Positions 1 through 9,797 of a stretch of 64,000 nt of DNA are shown piece by piece. How positions within the stretch are numbered: position 1 is the stretch's first letter; each line of letters starts with the position of its first letter. Both the position numbers and the translations under genes were made by a program. The stretch is taken from IMG/VR virus record IMGVR_UViG_3300036715_004471, positions 186,001 through 250,000 of that record. One strand, written 5' to 3'. The notes beneath the pieces are model-generated. The model saw only the letters and a program-made list of their open reading frames with translations. It was not told where the DNA came from and searched no databases.

Positions 1-971
1 TATTGAATTTGAACGTTGAAAATATCAGTTAGAGAAAAATTTGGATCTTCCAAAATTTTATCGCTAATTCTAATTTGATTATCATCCAGCAAAGAATAAT
101 CAAAAGAAAATTCTTGATCATATCTGGAATTCTTAATCTGATATCCATACTTAGCAATGTCATAAGTATATGACGGGCTTGCGGTGAGTAAGGTAAATAC
201 AATACTATTAACTTTAGTAATAGGAGATGTTGATAGATTTAGCACCAAACTATTAATATTAAAGTGACCAGCTTGATCAGTTGAGCTTGGTTTCAATTGT
301 TCTACATTACTTTGTCTCTGTAAAGTAATTGGATAATCGGGGAAATTATCAATAGGAAATACTAAATTAGCATTAGATGTACTAACGCCTCTACCAACTC
401 TAGTAATTTCGTAAGCACACTCTTGATTAAGTCTATCAGTTGGACCACTGCCCCTAGTTTTTTGTTCATCAGTAACAGTAAAACTTAGATAATTTTCATT
501 TTTAACTTGATTAATATCATACAAAGCCCTAGACAAAGACACTGATAAAGAGTCAATATATTTAGAGATTAACCCATTACTATCACTTAAATCATAAATG
601 TTGTTTTGAAAATATGATTTGAAATATTCTCTTACAATATTATCTGAAGGTAATGGACCAGTGATTAGATATTTGTTTTGCACTCCATCTTCAACTACCT
701 TAGCATCACCATTAACTGAAGTGAATGGGTTAGTTGGTGTAGAAGAGAATTTAATGAAATATGCAGCAAGCGCAGTTAATGGTTGACAAGTAATACTCAA
801 AATACTTCCAGTAATTTTAAGAATCAGTGGCTCTGAATCTGGAACGCCTGTAGTTTCTGATATGATAGCAACGTTAGATGTAACAAGACCCATTGTCAAG
901 TTTTCTGTAAAAGTGACATCAATATTTGAGCTGTCATTTATCTGTACGTTAACTATTCTGAGATTTTGCAT
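1..971 (-). CDS. Partial virion protein, probable baseplate wedge subunit (runs off the window edge; not in ORF track)
   Basis: ATG at 971 directly after the stop of the baseplate J-like gene; frame open to position 1 (MQNLRIVNVQINDSSNIDVTFTENL...). Position after a J-like gene is typical of a P2 gpI/T4 gp7-like subunit (synteny only). Confidence 0.6.
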   Translation of the reverse strand, partial: MQNLRIVNVQINDSSNIDVTFTENLTMGLVTSNVAIISETTGVPDSEPLILKITGSILSITCQPLTALAAYFIKFSSTPTNPFTSVNGDAKVVEDGVQNKYLITGPLPSDNIVREYFKSYFQNNIYDLSDSNGLISKYIDSLSVSLSRALYDINQVKNENYLSFTVTDEQKTRGSGPTDRLNQECAYEITRVGRGVSTSNANLVFPIDNFPDYPITLQRQSNVEQLKPSSTDQAGHFNINSLVLNLSTSPITKVNSIVFTLLTASPSYTYDIAKYGYQIKNSRYDQEFSFDYSLLDDNQIRISDKILEDPNFSLTDIFNVQIQ

Positions 972-972
972 A

Positions 973-3900
973 TTATCTAGTTTCTGTGTTGATAACTACA
1001 TTGTTAGGAATTAGATACTCATCTTGCTGTGCTTGAATACTTTGTACTTGACCTTGATTTCCAGTTTTATTAAAGTACAAAATTCTGGCTCTTGCAATAC
1101 CATTAACAGCTTGAGCTACATTAATCAATGTAGGTGCATCAACAATTTGCCCAAGTTTGGTAGGGGTCATGGCTGAGATTAACTGATCTCTCAAATTCTG
1201 TAACACAGTTGTTGTTGAAGAAAGAAAACTGTCAGCAATTACAACGTTGATAGTTAAATCTGTTAGCACTCTTTTTGATTGACGTACTAAAACATCAGCA
1301 TTAATAGGTCTTGTATTTTCTATACTGAAAGTTACATCAGTGATAATTTTATTGTAGTTGTACTTAACCACAATTCTTTCATTAGGTTTTGGTCCCAAAT
1401 AATTATAGAACACCTTATATCTAGAGCCCAAACTTGGTTGTGTGAAAGAAGCTCCGGTAAATTTCGTAGACTGAGAAGCCTTAAATCCGCTAGAAATATA
1501 GACCTTATTAATATGAGAGAATTTCTTGTTAGTATATAACGTACCGTTTTTGGTATAAGAAAGATTTTCAGAATCACCATCAACTGTATAATAAAAGGTG
1601 ATTCTAATTTTATCTCCTAGAGCTGGTAAATTATGAACACTGGTATTCAATGTATTATTACTGGTATTTGGCAGCACTATATCTAAATTATGAAGTGTCG
1701 GGTCGGCTAGTACTTCATTAGTATACAACAGATTATTTTGAATAGTAGTATTTTTCAAATCATATGTCGTTAATATTTGTAAGACTTCATCATTGCTGGC
1801 GCTAACTGTAATTACTTTTTCTAATTTAGTTATTCTGGCTATTTTTATATTGCTAGGTATTGTTGCTGCGCTAGAAATACCCAAAGCTTTTCTCAAAGCC
1901 TCGGCTATGTTTAATTTCAATCCAGTGTTAGTAGATGTAAAAACAATATCTTGAGCTTTGAATAAAGTGGTTCCAGCAACAGTAATAACACCAGTATTTA
2001 CTACTTGATCAACTGTAACACCAGTTATTTTGGTTGGAGTTTTTCTTAGATTGTTAAAATTAAACAACATGACATAAACTTTATCATTTGCACTAGTGAA
2101 ATTATTGTTTGATAATAGTAGCTTATTATTTTCTATATTAATGACGCCGCCATAATTCCAAACTTCTTTTCCATCTGCTATTCTAATAATACATATTTGA
2201 TCTGAAGTAATTTTATCAACGATATTTGTTATAGTGAGAGTATTTGATGTCAAATCATATCCAGTAATATCATATAGCCCATTATTAAATACACTAGAAG
2301 ATCCGGTAATACGAACTTTTTTATTTGTCAAATCTAATAGGGTAGAAAAAGATGTGGCACTTGTTAAAAACGCTGAAGTACCATTATCTGTTAATTGACC
2401 ATCAGATATAGTAAACAAAGCAATATCTGTATTTGGCTCTATTATGGTAAAATTAACCAACGATTGAGTGGTAAAACTATTTATTGGTACATAAAGTTTA
2501 TTGGTGCTAGAATCTACTTTTAGAGTATTAATTCTGCCATTAATCAAACTATTGTAATAACTAAATGGTTGAAATTTTCTCAAATCATAAGTGTAGTAGA
2601 TAACCAATACTTTGTCACCTACGGCTGGAGCATTAACACCATTCAAAATTAATTGATAATTACCCGAGTTACTAACTATAACACTACCAAGATTATCAGA
2701 ATTCCACAATTCTAGATTATCGGAAAGCCTAATAACTGAAATGATTTGTGAGGGCGCTAACGAAAAATCAACAATCAAAGCCGTTAAATCTATATAAAAT
2801 TGATTGCTGGTGTTTTTTTGAACAGATTGATTTTCTCTCCTGGACAAATTAACTGGACTAAAATTATTGAATCCAACATTAGAATTCAATATGAATCCAT
2901 TTCCAATTCTACTTACCGGCAAAGCAGTGGTTGCTAGAGAAAATAAATCAGAAATATTGGCAATGTAAGTTACTTTTAAGATGAGCGTGTTAGCAACTGT
3001 AGTAATCAAAACACTTGGAATAGTAATTTGTATACCACTGGAACTACCATTAATATCAGTGCTGTGAAACACATCAGTACTATTTAAGATAACAGTTACA
3101 TTATCTCCATCTTTTGCCACCGTATCATTTGGCAAAATGATACTTGTACTATACACAATATTGATACCCAATACCACCGCAACATTACTAAAACTTCCAT
3201 TATTTTGAGCAGTAGAATACAATTCTGAATTGTTATTCTTGAAAGTAATGCTATCAACGGATTGTGTTGGGCTGCTCAAATTATTGATTGTAACAGACAA
3301 TCTATTAACGAAAATTCCTGAAGTAATTTTAGATACTACACCATTTACTTCCAAAAATGTTTTAGCACTTAATACGGCGCTAACCGGATGACTAGCAGTA
3401 CCAATAAAAAACCCATTGGAAGGATCTTTGATGAAAGAAATTTTTTCATCATTCACCATTGATGCAAAACCCCAATCAATGCTATCAGTAACTGGTCTGG
3501 CATTTTGAGTATTATACAAACCGTCATAATCGGAATATTGATCGTAATTAACAATCCAACTGTAATCTACTTGTAATTGATCGCTGGGGGAAGGCAAGGT
3601 GTTACCAGAAATTTGAATCCTACCGCTTGTATTAAAAGTTCCCGTGTTGTCTATATTTTGATTTGTTACAATGTATCTTTCACCAGTGTGAACGTTGAAT
3701 ACTCTAGTAACATTTGTAGATGGCGTATGTAACAATTGAATAATAGATCTGTCAGAAGTAACAATACTATTTTCATTAGTAATGGAAATATTTTGTTGTA
3801 CCAGTGGTATTGTTAAAACATCTGTGAAAGTAACTGCATCTTGTCCATTTAGCTGACCCTTAATAATATCTTCACTAAATGAAATTTGGTTATTGATCCA

Positions 3901-5061
3901 AACAAATGTATCAAATCCCCATGGACTTCCACCATAAATACCAGTATCTTTAACTAAATCGTAGTTACCAGATACTCTTCCTAATAAATCAACAGATTTT
4001 GGCAAAAAATTGGATCCACTAATGGAGCCCGTGACTTCAAGAATGGCGTCAATAGGTTGTGCTGGTACTACGCCATTAGCAATATTATCAATTCTTTTTC
4101 TGTTGATAGTTTTATTAGCATCAGCCGCAATTTGTCCAAGAACAACATTGTTCTTAATACTAGTTGGATCATTACTGTTACTTTTATCTATGTAAATAAA
4201 GCTGTCTTTATTTTCTATTAGATTACTTCCCAAAACTACTACGTCTACTTTTCCTCCCGAACCCTCTGAAATAATAGTTCTAGAGCCATCACTATTTACT
4301 TTAACAATTGTGCCATCTCTAGTCATTAAAGGGTCGCCCGGCTCAACAATGTAAGCATCAGATACGCCAGTTGCACTCAAAGCTACATTTAAGTAACCTA
4401 AAGATGTTCCTACGCTAGAGCCGCTGAATGAAGCTAAAACACGATTTCTAAAAGATGAATCACTTTCTTGATCAGTACCGCCAGAAAATGGGTTAACGTT
4501 TGTAACGTTAGATACTCCTGGAGTTGTAGATCTAGAAAGAGAATAAGTTCCAATGTTACCAGCAGATCCAGCAGAGGTTGCTCTTAAAGTGACTTGAATT
4601 GCATATTGATCAGAAATACCAGCAGTAGTTAATTGATCGGCAAACTTACTTGCCACTGATTTATAAAAATTTGAATTAGCTGGAACTATAGCAACACCGG
4701 CAGTAATGGAATAAGAAATACCATTATTAGCGATAACCGTATCACCTTGATTGATATTGATCGGAGCATTAATGGATGCAAAAGTTAATAATGCTGTGCC
4801 AGTAGAGGGGGTTGATTGTTTTCTGATAATACCGAAGTTCTTAGCTAATTTATCTAAATCGGATCCTACTACTAATCGCATAGATTGCTTACTAGATATG
4901 TCACCCACTTGATCATAAAGAAGCGAAATTTGGCTGGCAGGAGCCTCAATGAACAAATCTCTGGCAACTGTACCTTGTTTGGTATCCAAGTCAGGTTGTG
5001 CCAGTCTGAAAAAGTCCACTAGACTTTGTATGATTTCATTTGCAGAGCGTATCGTGACCAT
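973..5061 (-). CDS. Baseplate J-like (P2 gpJ/T4 gp6-like) wedge protein with a very large internal insertion
   Basis: N-terminus has J-family features (DLDKLAKNFGIIRKQSTPSTG; SAGSAGNIG; VTNVNPFSGGTDQESDSSFRNRV); C-terminus is J-like; follows a gp25-like gene. Confidence 0.8.
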   Translation of the reverse strand: MVTIRSANEIIQSLVDFFRLAQPDLDTKQGTVARDLFIEAPASQISLLYDQVGDISSKQSMRLVVGSDLDKLAKNFGIIRKQSTPSTGTALLTFASINAPININQGDTVIANNGISYSITAGVAIVPANSNFYKSVASKFADQLTTAGISDQYAIQVTLRATSAGSAGNIGTYSLSRSTTPGVSNVTNVNPFSGGTDQESDSSFRNRVLASFSGSSVGTSLGYLNVALSATGVSDAYIVEPGDPLMTRDGTIVKVNSDGSRTIISEGSGGKVDVVVLGSNLIENKDSFIYIDKSNSNDPTSIKNNVVLGQIAADANKTINRKRIDNIANGVVPAQPIDAILEVTGSISGSNFLPKSVDLLGRVSGNYDLVKDTGIYGGSPWGFDTFVWINNQISFSEDIIKGQLNGQDAVTFTDVLTIPLVQQNISITNENSIVTSDRSIIQLLHTPSTNVTRVFNVHTGERYIVTNQNIDNTGTFNTSGRIQISGNTLPSPSDQLQVDYSWIVNYDQYSDYDGLYNTQNARPVTDSIDWGFASMVNDEKISFIKDPSNGFFIGTASHPVSAVLSAKTFLEVNGVVSKITSGIFVNRLSVTINNLSSPTQSVDSITFKNNNSELYSTAQNNGSFSNVAVVLGINIVYSTSIILPNDTVAKDGDNVTVILNSTDVFHSTDINGSSSGIQITIPSVLITTVANTLILKVTYIANISDLFSLATTALPVSRIGNGFILNSNVGFNNFSPVNLSRRENQSVQKNTSNQFYIDLTALIVDFSLAPSQIISVIRLSDNLELWNSDNLGSVIVSNSGNYQLILNGVNAPAVGDKVLVIYYTYDLRKFQPFSYYNSLINGRINTLKVDSSTNKLYVPINSFTTQSLVNFTIIEPNTDIALFTISDGQLTDNGTSAFLTSATSFSTLLDLTNKKVRITGSSSVFNNGLYDITGYDLTSNTLTITNIVDKITSDQICIIRIADGKEVWNYGGVINIENNKLLLSNNNFTSANDKVYVMLFNFNNLRKTPTKITGVTVDQVVNTGVITVAGTTLFKAQDIVFTSTNTGLKLNIAEALRKALGISSAATIPSNIKIARITKLEKVITVSASNDEVLQILTTYDLKNTTIQNNLLYTNEVLADPTLHNLDIVLPNTSNNTLNTSVHNLPALGDKIRITFYYTVDGDSENLSYTKNGTLYTNKKFSHINKVYISSGFKASQSTKFTGASFTQPSLGSRYKVFYNYLGPKPNERIVVKYNYNKIITDVTFSIENTRPINADVLVRQSKRVLTDLTINVVIADSFLSSTTTVLQNLRDQLISAMTPTKLGQIVDAPTLINVAQAVNGIARARILYFNKTGNQGQVQSIQAQQDEYLIPNNVVINTETR

Positions 5062-5074
5062 ATTTCCTCAGATC

Positions 5075-5506
5075 TTATATAGTAGAAACTTTAAAAGCTG
5101 TAGTAATTGGTTTTAATTTTTTAGTTATCGCTTTAATAACTACGTCAAACAGTCTAGGATCAATTTGATTTCTTACTATAGATATATCTGAAATAAAATT
5201 AATTTGTTCATCTGCACTAACTCTCTGAAATGATTGTGTTTGTGCATTTTGTAGATTCTTCAAATTATCTAATGCTGTGTTCAATTGTGATTTAGATACC
5301 TGTACCAAAACAGAAGTATAAGTGGGGTTGCCTATAATAGTTCTAGATAAAAAAGAACCATACCACGGTTGATAAGGGTTCGCCCCAGCCGTTGTTAAAC
5401 AAATTTTGAGTATATCTTGAATTAACTTTTCGCTATCTACAACGGTTTGTATTGCGCCGTTGCTAATAGCTAAATTACCATTTTTTATTTTAAGATCGAA
5501 TGACAT
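5075..5506 (-). CDS. gp25-like baseplate wedge / sheath initiator
   Basis: 143 aa; KLIQDILKICLTTAGANPYQPWYGSFL resembles the gp25/GPW motif (L.T..G..p..P.yGs.l); precedes the J-like gene. Confidence 0.7.
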   Translation of the reverse strand: MSFDLKIKNGNLAISNGAIQTVVDSEKLIQDILKICLTTAGANPYQPWYGSFLSRTIIGNPTYTSVLVQVSKSQLNTALDNLKNLQNAQTQSFQRVSADEQINFISDISIVRNQIDPRLFDVVIKAITKKLKPITTAFKVSTI

Positions 5507-5560
5507 CTATAATTCCTTTTAGATATGCGCAATTATAGACAAATAGCAAAATATCAAGTT

Positions 5561-7228
5561 TTATTGCAAACCATTATTTTGAGATTGATCCTGATAGATT
5601 TTGTCCATTAAGTTGTAATAACCTTTCACAGAGGAAATAAAGGATTTCATGGCAGTTTGAATTCCTGGACTAGATTGATTCAGTTGTAAAGATGTATTCA
5701 TTCTTTTAATGGCGTCATCATCTAAAAATCCCAATAAATCATTCTTAGGCATAATATAAAGAGCGCCCATAACTGCTATTATGTCACACAATCCAAGACC
5801 GCTAAATTCTCCCATGATTATTTCTATCGTTTTCAATGCATTACTGGATTTTTGCAAATCTACGTTTCTTTTGTTAGTTAAGTCCTGTAATGTCTGAACG
5901 CTGGTGTCACCCAAAGCAGCACTTGAATCTGGTCCAAAAGTTGTCTTGAAGTTATCAAAAGAAAATCCACCCACATCTGGAATACCCTGTACATTAGCAG
6001 TCTGAGCATTGATTTGATTAATTGTGGATCTAATTTTTGCTTCAATAATAGCCTGATCACGAGTTGTAATAAAATCGCTAGGAACGCTAGTAGAAAGAAA
6101 TACACCTTGTACCGAACACCCACCTTCAGGACCAAAAATAGATGGTACTGGAACCCAATAATATTTGGATTGTGCTGTAAAGACAGTAATCTGAGATTCT
6201 ACCAATTTAGTAATCATCGCCCTAATAATATTGATAAATTTTACGAACTGTGTTTGTTCTGCTAATTTATATACATCTCCGCTACTAATACTATTAATGA
6301 TTGCTTCATCTTGAATAGCGGGGATACTTTTAATATAATCAATAACTGATTTATCTGCTGTTCCTGTGGAATCAGTTTGGTTGGCAACAGTAAACCTATC
6401 TCTAATTACTTGTTCAATAATTGGTCTATTAACAAATACGCCATCTTTGACCATTAAATGATTCTTTGTGGGCGCAAATGGTACGGCTATAAGTTTAGAA
6501 GCATCATTAACAGTGAAATCAATAACAGGGTCTACTATAAATGGTTTTATGATATGAGTTCTCTGTGACCGTAATTGAGTTGGCGTATTTCCTGAAACGT
6601 CTACATACTCAGTTAATTTTTTGTCGTTAATTCCTACTAAACTACTAAAATCAATTTTATATTGTTGGCTTTTAGAATCCATATCAAAAGCGTCAGCACT
6701 ACTGATTATGGGTACAGCAAATTGTCTAATCTTAAATCCAGAAGACAATGCTAGGGTTGCCGCATCAATAGAACCAGGTGTGCTAAAAATACTAGCCATG
6801 CTAGTTACATAACTTTCTCTTTGTAAAGATAAGTTTCTAAATTTTGTTATTGGGCTAGCCGCAATATTTAATTTGGCTGCACTAATCGCTGCGCCTATAG
6901 ATCTAGACGAATCATAAACTATATCATGTCCAGGATTATAGATCTTATTGGCACTAGAAACAACTGGAAAGCCAATAATTCTAAAAAAAGCATGACATCT
7001 GCTTTCTTGAGGAGTTGTGCTAATAGTTGTTTGTTGTTTCAATTTTGATAACGTCAAATCTCCAGCCTGAAAAGCAGTGATGGCTGCTTGATCAGAGATC
7101 GCCGCACAATTAGTGTAGCTTCTAATTTTATCTATGGCAGAAATAAAGTCACTGTATACTTTGTCGATATCAATGTCAAAATTCTGTGCATCTTGATAAT
7201 TAGCTTGATTAGGAATTTGATCAGCCAT
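5561..7228 (-). CDS. Hypothetical baseplate-region protein (555 aa)
   Basis: Long ORF coupled to the upstream gene by a TAATG overlap; no recognisable family. Confidence 0.55.
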   Translation of the reverse strand: MADQIPNQANYQDAQNFDIDIDKVYSDFISAIDKIRSYTNCAAISDQAAITAFQAGDLTLSKLKQQTTISTTPQESRCHAFFRIIGFPVVSSANKIYNPGHDIVYDSSRSIGAAISAAKLNIAASPITKFRNLSLQRESYVTSMASIFSTPGSIDAATLALSSGFKIRQFAVPIISSADAFDMDSKSQQYKIDFSSLVGINDKKLTEYVDVSGNTPTQLRSQRTHIIKPFIVDPVIDFTVNDASKLIAVPFAPTKNHLMVKDGVFVNRPIIEQVIRDRFTVANQTDSTGTADKSVIDYIKSIPAIQDEAIINSISSGDVYKLAEQTQFVKFINIIRAMITKLVESQITVFTAQSKYYWVPVPSIFGPEGGCSVQGVFLSTSVPSDFITTRDQAIIEAKIRSTINQINAQTANVQGIPDVGGFSFDNFKTTFGPDSSAALGDTSVQTLQDLTNKRNVDLQKSSNALKTIEIIMGEFSGLGLCDIIAVMGALYIMPKNDLLGFLDDDAIKRMNTSLQLNQSSPGIQTAMKSFISSVKGYYNLMDKIYQDQSQNNGLQ

Positions 7229-9402
7229 TATGATCCATCCTTGCCACCAACATCACCCATAGTTGATAAGTCACCCTCATCTCTTCTTGGTTGGGTACCA
7301 TCAGAATTATCTCCAACAGGAGTAGAAATTTGACCGGGTGTATAAACAAATTGGTAGTCTAATGTTTGTAATGTATGTGATGGCGGATTAGTAGTATTAG
7401 TACAAAAGATATTATTATCAAAAGAAATCATAATTTGACCATTACCAGTAGTAGTACTTGTTAAATCAGCTGTAAAAAATTGATAACCATCATATGAAAA
7501 ATTAGATATTTCTCCAAAAGTTGGATATCCTTTAATTTTCTTCGCCATACTAAATGCAACATCTTCAGGGATACCGCTAATCAAAGATATGCCATTATTT
7601 TCATTTAAACTTACCTTTACAGCAATAGGTTTGCTTGTAAATTGTGATTTGGGTGTAATAGTAAAAGATGATTTACATGGATCAAATCCTAGTCCTATTA
7701 ATGAATCTAATGAAGATGTAGTGTCATCTTTTAATTTTTGCAAACATAAATTTGCAACAGTTTGAAATTCTGCCACACCTTGAGGTGTCAAATTTACTCT
7801 CAAAGCTGATAAAGCAGTAGATAAACATTGTTGAGTATCATTTGGATTAGGAAATCCAGCACCATTAACCAAATCTTTTAACAATTTTGTTTTTAATGCG
7901 ACGTCTCCAATTAATGCATTATTTACAAAATTTTTGTTAAAAGCCACTTCTGGTATACATCCTAATGTAATTAAATTTTTACTCATTAAGATGCCAGTAT
8001 TTGGTTTAAAAGTATATTCAATATCTGTAAATGTTTGACCATCTGTTATTGAAAAAACTGGACTGGTAGTATTAATATCTGGAGTATGTATAAAATTACC
8101 CAAGGTTGCTTGGCTAATACTTGGAGTAATACCATCGGATTCAAATCCTAATAAAGCAGTAGTTCCATCATCTTCATATCCTTTACCACCAGCTAATGTT
8201 AATACTCCATTAGGAATAATTTCACCACTATTATCAAATAGTTTTAATTCAAATGATGGAGCATTTGTGACTATACAATCTTTAAATCTAATAAATCTAG
8301 TGATACCAGACCTGCCCCATACAGAAGGATTATATAGCATTCTCATATCTACTGTATATGCAGCTTGCTTAGCCGCAGTTTGCCCATTATACAACACATC
8401 TGTTGGGAAAAATATTGGTTTAAAAAACGGGGGAGCTTCATCTAAAGAAATTGGAACATCATAAGCATTAATTATATTAATGAACTTTTGAGTAACTTCT
8501 TGGCTGCTATCAAATAGTTGCCATGATTCTGATCTAATTGCATAATTAAAATTACCAAATGGCGGCGGCAATACTACATCAGTTTGTGCCCCCACACCGT
8601 TTAAATATTGAAATGTTCCAGTTTGTCTAGTATAAACATTTTTAACAATACTTGGACACACATCTGTTGTACAACAGCCATCTTGGTTATCATCATCACA
8701 TGGTGGAATAGCAAATACTAAAGCCAAAATATCTTTTATCACCTGTATAATAGTTGCAAAAATAGATAATAATACAAATAGATTCTGAAAAATACACATC
8801 AAAGAACCTAATTTTTTTGCAATTGCCAAAACAGAATTAGAATTAGCTTCTTGAAAAGCATCAATCAACATTAGCACATTCTTCAATACCGCATTGATGA
8901 ATTTAAGAATTTGTGCCACCAAATATTCTATAAGTGTTAACAACAATAATAACAATGATATTAACATTATTATCAATGCAAACATAGGAAACATATTCAA
9001 AAATTCAGGAATACAGTCTCTAAATAATTTGATAACTGCTTTAACTAATTTTACTGGATTCGGAATAGCACAAATCACTTCAATAATACAAATAATAATA
9101 TTCAATATTGGTAAGAAAAATTTATACATCATTAAGAATGGCATAAATTGATCTAACAATTTCATTATACCATCAAATACATCTTTTCCAAAATTCAAAT
9201 TTAGCGGCGCTTTCAGCGCGCCTGGAGGAATCAATAATTTTAACTTGTCTAATAAATCTAATAAATCTTCCGGAAAACCTACTGGAAAAGGATTTGTGTT
9301 TGGTAAATTGATAGCAAATGGAACGCCAAACCCAGGAATGGAAGGACCACTAGGACTATCAGGAACATCTATCGAAACATCATTAGGAGAACAAGGACTC
9401 AT
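7228..9402 (-). CDS. Hypothetical spike-adjacent protein with several very hydrophobic helices and a Cys cluster (724 aa)
   Basis: Hydrophobic stretches at about aa 85-230 (FLPILNIIICIIEVICAI; FALIIMLISLLLLLLTLIEYLV; LFVLLSIFATIIQVIKDILALVFAI), then PPCDDDNQDGCCTTDVCP. Confidence 0.6.
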   Translation of the reverse strand: MSPCSPNDVSIDVPDSPSGPSIPGFGVPFAINLPNTNPFPVGFPEDLLDLLDKLKLLIPPGALKAPLNLNFGKDVFDGIMKLLDQFMPFLMMYKFFLPILNIIICIIEVICAIPNPVKLVKAVIKLFRDCIPEFLNMFPMFALIIMLISLLLLLLTLIEYLVAQILKFINAVLKNVLMLIDAFQEANSNSVLAIAKKLGSLMCIFQNLFVLLSIFATIIQVIKDILALVFAIPPCDDDNQDGCCTTDVCPSIVKNVYTRQTGTFQYLNGVGAQTDVVLPPPFGNFNYAIRSESWQLFDSSQEVTQKFINIINAYDVPISLDEAPPFFKPIFFPTDVLYNGQTAAKQAAYTVDMRMLYNPSVWGRSGITRFIRFKDCIVTNAPSFELKLFDNSGEIIPNGVLTLAGGKGYEDDGTTALLGFESDGITPSISQATLGNFIHTPDINTTSPVFSITDGQTFTDIEYTFKPNTGILMSKNLITLGCIPEVAFNKNFVNNALIGDVALKTKLLKDLVNGAGFPNPNDTQQCLSTALSALRVNLTPQGVAEFQTVANLCLQKLKDDTTSSLDSLIGLGFDPCKSSFTITPKSQFTSKPIAVKVSLNENNGISLISGIPEDVAFSMAKKIKGYPTFGEISNFSYDGYQFFTADLTSTTTGNGQIMISFDNNIFCTNTTNPPSHTLQTLDYQFVYTPGQISTPVGDNSDGTQPRRDEGDLSTMGDVGGKDGS

Positions 9403-9422
9403 TTGTTTTGGTATATATCAGC

Positions 9423-9797
9423 TTATTTTTCTCCGGGTAATTTAGGCTCAAATGGTCCTTTAATAGTATCTGTAATTTGTAATGTCTTTTCTAAATCATC
9501 AACCAATTTTTCAGCCCATGAAACTAAAGTTTTATCAATTTTCGATATATCCACGTTTTCTACATCATAATAAGCAACTAAAGTAGCAGCAATTTTCCAT
9601 AAATCTTTATGAACATTTTCACTCATCTCTTGAAATGAATATTGTGCTTGTTCTTTCTTATTTGTAAAAGGCGTTAAATTGCGTTTTTCATCTATAGCTG
9701 ATTCTACAGCTTTTGCTAATTTATTCATACCTTGTTCTTTAGCTTCATCAGCTTGTAATTTTATTTTATTATATACGGAGTTTTTTAATATAATCAT
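9423..9797 (-). CDS. Small helical hypothetical protein (124 aa)
   Basis: ATGA overlap with the spike gene stop; charged and helical. Confidence 0.6.
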   Translation of the reverse strand: MIILKNSVYNKIKLQADEAKEQGMNKLAKAVESAIDEKRNLTPFTNKKEQAQYSFQEMSENVHKDLWKIAATLVAYYDVENVDISKIDKTLVSWAEKLVDDLEKTLQITDTIKGPFEPKLPGEK

